In this document: one piece after another, positions 35,275-41,692 of the stretch
How the letters are laid out: each line of letters starts with the position of its first letter
Numbering within the stretch: the stretch's first letter is position 1
Assembly (NCBI GenBank): GCA_030669595.1
Contig: DAOVDG010000003.1
Span: 1-41,692 of the forward strand
DNA: 41,692 nucleotides
Source of the DNA: Candidatus Thorarchaeota archaeon
GTDB taxonomy: Archaea > Asgardarchaeota > Thorarchaeia > Thorarchaeales > Thorarchaeaceae
Direction of reading: 5' to 3'
Notes under the pieces: generated by a model
The model's database searches: none
What the model saw: only the letters and a program-made list of their open reading frames with translations
What the model was told of the DNA's origin: nothing
Program-made: the position numbers and the translations under genes

Positions 35275-36335
35275 GTAGCAGGCAGAACTCTTCCATCACA
35301 ACTCGGAATATTGTCACAGTAGCCATCTTGGCCTCTTTAGGCGGCTCACTCAGTACGTTCGTTGGTTACTTGGGAAATCTAGTCAATCTAAGCCTTGGAG
35401 TACCCTTTGGGGCAGGTCAGTTTATGGCGGGCCTTCACGTCTTCTGGCTAATTCTCATTCGAGCAATTGTTGCCAAGCGTGGAACGGGCACGATGGGGGG
35501 GCTTCTGAAAGGACTAGTTGAGCTGTTCACTGGTAGCACACATGGAATAGTGATAGTTGCAGTTTCAGTGGTTCAGGGTTTTCTTGTTGACATGGGTGCT
35601 GAAGTTGCTGGAAACCCGCACGACAGCGGCACAGCTTCTAGGCTAGTATGGTGGCTGAGCGCAGGAATTGCAGCTGCGTCGAATGTGTTTGTGCTCCAAG
35701 CATTCTACTTCTCGGGCGCACATTGGATTCTTCTTACTGTAATAGCGACCTTGGCCTTCAGTTCAGGTGTGATATTTGCTGGGTACTTCGCTTGGGAAAC
35801 ATTGGAATTCCTTAAGGACTCGAGAGTTCTGTCGAACAGCTTCTCAAGCACACGTCCTCCCACGGCGTCTAGAAGGAGAGTCACATATCGCAATATACCT
35901 GCCATTGCCCTTGTTATCTTCATTATAGTTGGTTCTTTCTATTACACCGTCGCTGTTGCACAGATTTTCTCCGATCCCTACAGCTGTACGGTCACAGGGC
36001 TAGTGGAGAATCCTTACACTTACAGTCCACAAGCATTCGTTGGGCAAGAGGTAACAGTGCAGGCAGAGCTTCAAGGCGCGAACATTCACCTTGATCCAGC
36101 CAATTACACCGGTATTCTGCTAAGTACAATACTTGAAGCCGCCGTACCGATGGCAGAAACTACCGGCGTTCGGATTATGGCGCGCGATGGATACACAATC
36201 CTCCTCGATCTTGATGAAGTCATGACTGATACTCATCTGTTACTCACCGAGGCTGAAGACGGCCTCTGGTTGGTTGCAGGCAACTACGATGGTGCTCTCT
36301 GGATTCGGATGGTCACTACTCTTGAGGTATACTAG
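35271..36335 (+). CDS. ECF transporter S-component (YkoE-like) fused to a molybdopterin-oxidoreductase-like domain
   Basis: About 7 TM segments with K.GTG...GL.E motif; soluble C-terminal VTGLVENP...YTGILLSTIL...ARDGY...WIRMVTTLEV. Confidence 0.75.
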   Translation: MSSRQNSSITTRNIVTVAILASLGGSLSTFVGYLGNLVNLSLGVPFGAGQFMAGLHVFWLILIRAIVAKRGTGTMGGLLKGLVELFTGSTHGIVIVAVSVVQGFLVDMGAEVAGNPHDSGTASRLVWWLSAGIAAASNVFVLQAFYFSGAHWILLTVIATLAFSSGVIFAGYFAWETLEFLKDSRVLSNSFSSTRPPTASRRRVTYRNIPAIALVIFIIVGSFYYTVAVAQIFSDPYSCTVTGLVENPYTYSPQAFVGQEVTVQAELQGANIHLDPANYTGILLSTILEAAVPMAETTGVRIMARDGYTILLDLDEVMTDTHLLLTEAEDGLWLVAGNYDGALWIRMVTTLEVY

Positions 36336-36347
36336 GCGATTGAAGAA

Positions 36348-37802
36348 ATGCTGGAAGTACATGATGTAAGCTTCTCATATGATAACGAGAAGATGATACT
36401 AGACTCGGTGAACCTTCAGATACGTCGCGGCGAAATTACAGTGATTACAGGCCCCACGGGCTCGGGCAAGTCCACACTGGCTTTGATTCTTGCAGGATTT
36501 ATACCGAGAGTCATCAAAGGGACCTTCACAGGTTCGCTTCTAATCGACGGCGAAAACGTAGAGAAGGATTCGATTTCTGAGATTGCACGCAAGGTAGCTC
36601 TAGTGCAGCAGGACCCAGAGAGTCAAATATGCACACTCCTTGTTTCCGACGAAGTAGCTTTTGGGCCTGAAAACTACTCCGTAGCGTTCTCCGAGATACA
36701 GAACCGAGTTGAGGTGTCTCTCAAAGCAGTTGAGTCGTCACACCTTGCGAATCGTCCTACGTATGCCCTATCTGGCGGGGAAAAACAACGTGTCACCATC
36801 GCCTCAATGTTGGCAGGTAAACCTGATTTCTTACTACTGGATGAACCATCAGCAAGCCTAGATCCAAAAGGGATACAACAGCTCCGGAAGATTCTACTCG
36901 GTTTCAAGAACAGTGGATACGGGATTCTCTGCATCGAACACCGTCTGGCAACAATCCTACCCATTGCGGACAGAGTACTACAACTCTCTGAGAGCAAAAT
37001 CAGCAAGTGGAACGGCAAAACTAGTTCTACAAGATCCACTCCAGTTGAGCATATCCGGCGGCCAGACTCTGCGGAACCATTGCTAATAGCCAAGGGTGTA
37101 AGTTACTCCTACGGGACTATCAGAGCAGTTCGAGATGTAACATTGAGCGTTTATCCTGGAGAAATAGTAGCCCTTATGGGCGACAACGGTTCGGGAAAGT
37201 CCACTTTGGTCAGCCTACTGGCTGGGCTATTGCATTCTACGGACGGAACTACCTACATAGATGATGTTCCGTCTATTGAACTGACTGCACAGGATGTCGC
37301 AGCAAAAGTCGCAGTTGTGTTTCAAAATCCAAACCATCAAATCTTCGAGCGCACAGTTCAGAGGGAACAGCACTTAGTCTTCGATGTACTAGACTCACTG
37401 GATGAAGTCCCTTCAGAAAGGTCCGAGGACGTTCTATTGGCTGCAGGCCTTGCAGATCTAAAGGAACGGAATCCATTCTCTTTGAGTCATGGTCAGAAGA
37501 GAAGGCTCAATGTCAGCTCTGTGACGGTTCATGAGCCGCTTGTGTATCTCTTTGACGAGCCATTCATAGGCCAAGATGAGATAGGTCAAAACTTCATCAC
37601 ACAAACTATTCGAAAACAGGGTGAGAGCGGCGGCGCAGCAATATTGGTGACTCACGATTCTACAGTAGCAACTAGTCTTTGTAACCGTTTAATCTTCATG
37701 GAACGAGGATCAGTTTTGTTAGATGGCTCGCCAAAGATAGTGCTAGACCGACTAAGGGAGATAGGATATGGCGAATATGCTGATTTGGGGGTGTTATCCT
37801 AG
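36348..37802 (+). CDS. ECF transporter duplicated ATPase (A-A' fusion)
   Basis: Two Walker A motifs (GPTGSGKST, GDNGSGKST), QDPESQ/QNPNHQ Q-helices, LSGGEKQR/LSHGQKRR, LDEP/FDEP. Confidence 0.92.
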   Translation: MLEVHDVSFSYDNEKMILDSVNLQIRRGEITVITGPTGSGKSTLALILAGFIPRVIKGTFTGSLLIDGENVEKDSISEIARKVALVQQDPESQICTLLVSDEVAFGPENYSVAFSEIQNRVEVSLKAVESSHLANRPTYALSGGEKQRVTIASMLAGKPDFLLLDEPSASLDPKGIQQLRKILLGFKNSGYGILCIEHRLATILPIADRVLQLSESKISKWNGKTSSTRSTPVEHIRRPDSAEPLLIAKGVSYSYGTIRAVRDVTLSVYPGEIVALMGDNGSGKSTLVSLLAGLLHSTDGTTYIDDVPSIELTAQDVAAKVAVVFQNPNHQIFERTVQREQHLVFDVLDSLDEVPSERSEDVLLAAGLADLKERNPFSLSHGQKRRLNVSSVTVHEPLVYLFDEPFIGQDEIGQNFITQTIRKQGESGGAAILVTHDSTVATSLCNRLIFMERGSVLLDGSPKIVLDRLREIGYGEYADLGVLS

Positions 37803-38621
37803 TTGACGATTGAGCACCAGTCCACCGAGAGCGGTAGCATACTGCACAGACTCAACCCTTCATTGAAGTTAGCTGGCCTTATCATCATCACAACAGGAAT
37901 ACTGATCTATCCAAGCTGGCGGTTCAGCGGCCTTCTGCTCCTCCTGACTATTCTTGGATTCAAAGCATCCAATGTACCTCTGGACGTGAGCAAGAGGCGA
38001 ATCCGCTTTCTTATGGCTTTCTCAGCATTGCTTTTTGCCTTTCAAGTGCTGATGACTGCAAATGGCACTATTCTATTCTTCATAATTCCAAAGTATGACT
38101 TCATGGGACCGTTCCTACCAGTGACAGACTTCGGGATAGAGAAAGGGTTTGATATGTCCTTAAGATTCCTACTTGTTGTGTTTTCCAGCATGCTGTTCGT
38201 ATCGGTGACTGATCCGACTCTTCTTGCTCATTCACTCACTAGGCTTGGGATTTCCTACAGATACAGCTTTGCGCTCGTAATCGCGCTGAGGTTTCTCCCA
38301 CTCTTTGACATGGAGAATAAAACAGTAAAAATGGCACAGAGGTCCAGAGGAATCTCAATCAGTGTACGGGGAATGTCAAGAATATTAAGAACCATCCGGT
38401 ACACCTTCTTTCCCCTCCTTGTTTCCGCATTGTCAAGAGTGGACGCTCTCTCCCTATCTATGGATGGGCGAGGTTTTGGGCATAGTAAATCCCGGACCTA
38501 CCTTCGCAAGTCCAGTTGGACTGCCCTTGATTCTGCAGTGCTTGTTCTATTGTCCGCGCTCCTGCTGGCATCCATTCTTCTAACACTGGGATTTCTCCCC
38601 CAGATATCTGCAATAATCTAG
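37803..38621 (+). CDS. ECF transporter transmembrane T-component
   Basis: LHRLNPSLKL, ALRFLPL, AQRSRG, SMDGRGF motifs. Confidence 0.92.
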   Translation: MTIEHQSTESGSILHRLNPSLKLAGLIIITTGILIYPSWRFSGLLLLLTILGFKASNVPLDVSKRRIRFLMAFSALLFAFQVLMTANGTILFFIIPKYDFMGPFLPVTDFGIEKGFDMSLRFLLVVFSSMLFVSVTDPTLLAHSLTRLGISYRYSFALVIALRFLPLFDMENKTVKMAQRSRGISISVRGMSRILRTIRYTFFPLLVSALSRVDALSLSMDGRGFGHSKSRTYLRKSSWTALDSAVLVLLSALLLASILLTLGFLPQISAII

Positions 38622-38633
38622 ACCAATTCCAAA

Positions 38634-39224
38634 CTAGGGATGCAGTAACGATTCTTCATGTTCCGATTCAGGAACCAGCTTCTGGTTTGCGAGTGCTTCC
38701 AGCTTAGAAACTTCCTGACCAGTGCCCGTATCATCGACAACCTCAACTCCCAATCGCTTACAGACGTTCTTCAGAGTGCCAATAGCTACTGAAGTCCAGC
38801 CAGTCACATCCAGTTCACCTGGTTTTGCAAGTTGTCGTGTCATGATGCTGAATGGATGGATATGTTCAGCAGTCAGTAACCGTCCTACCACATCTATGAT
38901 AATTACACGATCTTCCGAATAGCATTGGGCGTACAACATTACTAGTCGATCAATGGCTTCTCCGGTACGTAGCGCAGCAAGAGCTCGTATTGATGCACGC
39001 CATTCATCAAAATCATCTGAAACTATAAGATTCTCACAAAACTCAAACATCTCCGGCTCATTTCTGCGAGCAAGCTCAATCATGGCAGGCTCTCTGAGGA
39101 GCAGGTGGATGTTTTTATCATGGACTAGTTCCCATAGCTGCGCACTGCTTGTTTGAGTGTGTAAAGAGGTACGGTCAACATCCGATTGAGGGTGCGAGTG
39201 CAGGCGCAGCTGTGGGTGGTTCAT
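38634..39224 (-). CDS. Hypothetical protein with HEAT-like helices
   Basis: LREPAMIELA...WRASIRALAALRTGEAIDRL. Confidence 0.6.
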   Translation of the reverse strand: MNHPQLRLHSHPQSDVDRTSLHTQTSSAQLWELVHDKNIHLLLREPAMIELARRNEPEMFEFCENLIVSDDFDEWRASIRALAALRTGEAIDRLVMLYAQCYSEDRVIIIDVVGRLLTAEHIHPFSIMTRQLAKPGELDVTGWTSVAIGTLKNVCKRLGVEVVDDTGTGQEVSKLEALANQKLVPESEHEESLLHP

Positions 39225-39302
39225 GTATCAGCGTTCTGGGGTCTCCTATTAAGGTCGTAAAAGAGTGCAATTGCCCAATCATCTCACATCCGTACTATCT
39301 AG

Positions 39303-41471
39303 TTAAGGAGATAGAATCTGGCTCTCAATTGCTTCTCTAATTGAGTTAAGGGCCTCCTTCACGCTCACACTTCTTCCTTCAGCATTGACGTTTGGATAAT
39401 GCTTCGAGTACTCTTCTAGGCATTTGCCGAAGGCCATCACAAAGACGTCCAGAGAACTGAACATTTCTTCCTGCTCCGTGGCATTCTCAATCAGTTTCCT
39501 TGAAGCCCTTAAGATCTCTGCCCTGATTGATTTCCATGAACGCTCTGGGGGGTTTCGTCCTCTCTTTCGACATACAAGGACCATATCCATCGTGATGTTC
39601 CTCATCTGATGGAGGTGCGTTGAAGCTCTCATCTCACTTCTGACAGGATACGACGCGGAAATGTAGAAGCCAGAATTCAAGACTGCTTTTAAGACAAGAG
39701 CCCAAGCGTCGATTCTCTTGTGATGAAAAGTAAATGCAAGAATGCCCTCGTCCTTTAGAACCCGACAAGCTTCAGAGAACACTTGCGTAAGTCCTTCTAC
39801 GAATTCCTCCTTTCCTTTCTTTTGAAATCGATTCTCAATCACTTCTGCTTGCCATGGAACGGTTTCCCCCTTGAAGCAATCATATCTTGTTCTTAGGGCA
39901 ATCCTAAGCCAGACGTAAAAGAAGTTCGAGAGCTCAGAGTACATCACATTGCCTGCATAAGGTGGGTCGGTTATCACCGCATCCACGCTCTTACTGGGGA
40001 TGTCTATAGATTCCGATGACCCACACTGAAGAAGCACACTGCCCGGCTCATGGATGCTATCAAATGTCGTAGCGAGTTTTCCGATAATTGGTGTTTCAAA
40101 CTGCACCTTTCTATTACCATCTTTCTCGATAACCCTCTCAAACGGCTGTCTACAGTACGCCTTTCCTTCCATTACAAGATTGACAAATGCAGTAAATGCA
40201 CCCCTCCCCTTTGACATGTCGTAGCAGTTTGCTTCCACCGGAGCCGTTGAAGGCGAATATGAATGAGTCCTAAAGATGTCTGTTATGAATCCTCGAGTAC
40301 TGTTGTATTTCGCGAACATGTTGTTATACTTCAGACAATTCGAGAATGCAAGAAGGAGAAACTCCTTGAGGTTCCAGTCCTCAATCTTCAGAATCCAATC
40401 AAGGATTTTCCCTAGATTCAACAGCTGTCTCTCATTGAACAAATCCTTGAATCGGACATATCCATGGTTTAATGCTCTCTTTGTTTCAACTCCAAGAGGA
40501 ATCGGAGTATCTGGGATTGGCAGCTGGTCCTTCAGCTTGTCGAATTCCTGCTTAGCTGATGCAAGAAGCTGAAGGTCCGCTGAGTCAGCAGTCTTGTATC
40601 CTCGACCATTCATTAACCTTGGATTATTGGTCCACTCGCATTGCGGACAATAGAATTCAACAGCATACATCCGTTCATGGAGCGGACCATTTCTCCCAGT
40701 TGCTGCTACTATCTTGCCGCCTTTACAACCATTATTGGGGCATTCATATTCCTGTCTTTTTACAGATGAGGTTGCTTTCGGAACGAATTCTGCTTCACAT
40801 TTCGTGCATTTTGTCTTGATTTCCGCACTTTTCGCCACAAAAACATCCCAACATTGTGGGCATACAACCACATCTCCGGCCTTAACTGGAGACCGTGCCA
40901 AGAAGTGGTTCCGCATCAAAGGGATAGTGTCACCGCACTCAGTACACTTCAGCTCTTTGCAGTAGAAGTAATATATCGCCTGAGCGGCGCTTCCGCATTC
41001 TGGGCATGTGGTCTTGTAGTACCTGCGCAGTTCGCCGCCGAGTTCTCTCTCAAGCAGAGCAAGAGCTTGTCCGAGTTTCTTAGGGTTAATGTCCTCAATC
41101 TGTTTCTTTACCACGAACCATGCGACTGGGTTGAGATCTCCAGCAACAACGCTGCAACCAAATCTTAGAGCTTCCACGACGGTGGTTCCACCACCCATCA
41201 TAGGATCAAGAATCACCTTGCCAGGGATCTTGACATCCTGAGAGTAATATTCCCAGAGCGAGTGAGGATCTAGATTCCAACCTTCTATCTGTTCATCTGC
41301 GAGAGTGTAGAGTATAATGGCACGAAAGACTGACCCAAGTCGCCTTGCCCACCACTTATGCATTGTATAGACGGGTCTGTAGTGTCGTCTACCGAAGCCA
41401 GTGGATTCCTTTTCAGCGATTCTGTTTATCTCGGTTACCGGAAATGTAACCTCAATGGGTTTCTTTGGCAG
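39303..41471 (-). CDS. DUF1156-type amino-DNA methyltransferase with Zn-ribbon insertions
   Basis: MHKWWARR, LDPMMGGGT (SAM motif), DLNPVA, several CxxC pairs, catalytic TDPPY. Conserved N-terminus extends 36 codons upstream of ATG 41363 to CTG 41471. Confidence 0.85.
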   Translation of the reverse strand: MPKKPIEVTFPVTEINRIAEKESTGFGRRHYRPVYTMHKWWARRLGSVFRAIILYTLADEQIEGWNLDPHSLWEYYSQDVKIPGKVILDPMMGGGTTVVEALRFGCSVVAGDLNPVAWFVVKKQIEDINPKKLGQALALLERELGGELRRYYKTTCPECGSAAQAIYYFYCKELKCTECGDTIPLMRNHFLARSPVKAGDVVVCPQCWDVFVAKSAEIKTKCTKCEAEFVPKATSSVKRQEYECPNNGCKGGKIVAATGRNGPLHERMYAVEFYCPQCEWTNNPRLMNGRGYKTADSADLQLLASAKQEFDKLKDQLPIPDTPIPLGVETKRALNHGYVRFKDLFNERQLLNLGKILDWILKIEDWNLKEFLLLAFSNCLKYNNMFAKYNSTRGFITDIFRTHSYSPSTAPVEANCYDMSKGRGAFTAFVNLVMEGKAYCRQPFERVIEKDGNRKVQFETPIIGKLATTFDSIHEPGSVLLQCGSSESIDIPSKSVDAVITDPPYAGNVMYSELSNFFYVWLRIALRTRYDCFKGETVPWQAEVIENRFQKKGKEEFVEGLTQVFSEACRVLKDEGILAFTFHHKRIDAWALVLKAVLNSGFYISASYPVRSEMRASTHLHQMRNITMDMVLVCRKRGRNPPERSWKSIRAEILRASRKLIENATEQEEMFSSLDVFVMAFGKCLEEYSKHYPNVNAEGRSVSVKEALNSIREAIESQILSP

Positions 41472-41692
41472 GCTAGGACCTCCCGTACATTAGGGGTGCG
41501 TGAGTAGGAAGCAGTCAGCCCTTTCAATATTCCTAGATTGACTCAATTATTAGCAAACCCTTGACAGGAGTAGGAATTAACTCAACTGACTAAACAGGTC
41601 AAAAGTTAAAATAGATAAAACCGGTAACATGGTTTAGGTGATAACGTGCAGGTAAATTTTTGGAACCCACTCACGTTTTTAGCAGCGTGTCT

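Noticed and set aside
1-41692. CRISPR array, rRNA, IS/transposase or integrase
   Set aside because: None seen. The 9-bp arrays lack spacers, and the AAA+ ATPase has no neighbouring transposase.

Overview
Archaeal chromosomal window, most likely from an Asgard archaeon (Thorarchaeia-like). This is inferred from gene content (GatDE, PAN, TFE, aMBF1, NAC), an 'IDLSPL'-type LRR protein and frequent TTG/GTG starts. It is mostly housekeeping: iorAB, hypF, acdA, atpD, nac, a Trm5/Taw2-type methylase, pan, mbf1, tfe, gatDE, pgk, rpiA, endA-like, hycI and mtnA. There are six CCA-encoding tRNAs, three of them with introns, including non-canonical ones. The strongest unexplained signal is a dispersed array of 9-bp-periodic, near-palindromic units (consensus TGTAWTACA) spread over about 0.6-12.1 kb, both between and inside genes. 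It surrounds a coupled two-gene operon encoding an ExeA/TniB-like AAA+ ATPase and a ribbon-helix-helix protein, which makes it a candidate new centromere/partition-like (or nucleoid-organising) system. Other highlights: an ECF transporter operon whose S-component and an adjacent membrane-anchored phosphoesterase both carry Cys-less molybdopterin-oxidoreductase-like domains; a His-less splicing endonuclease subunit coupled to a PINA ATPase lacking PIN and KH domains; an integrase-free 1.6-kb islet at tRNA-Arg(TCG); a membrane-anchored Gly/Pro-repeat protein; and a DNA methylase that apparently needs a CTG start. All assignments were made by eye, with no database searches.
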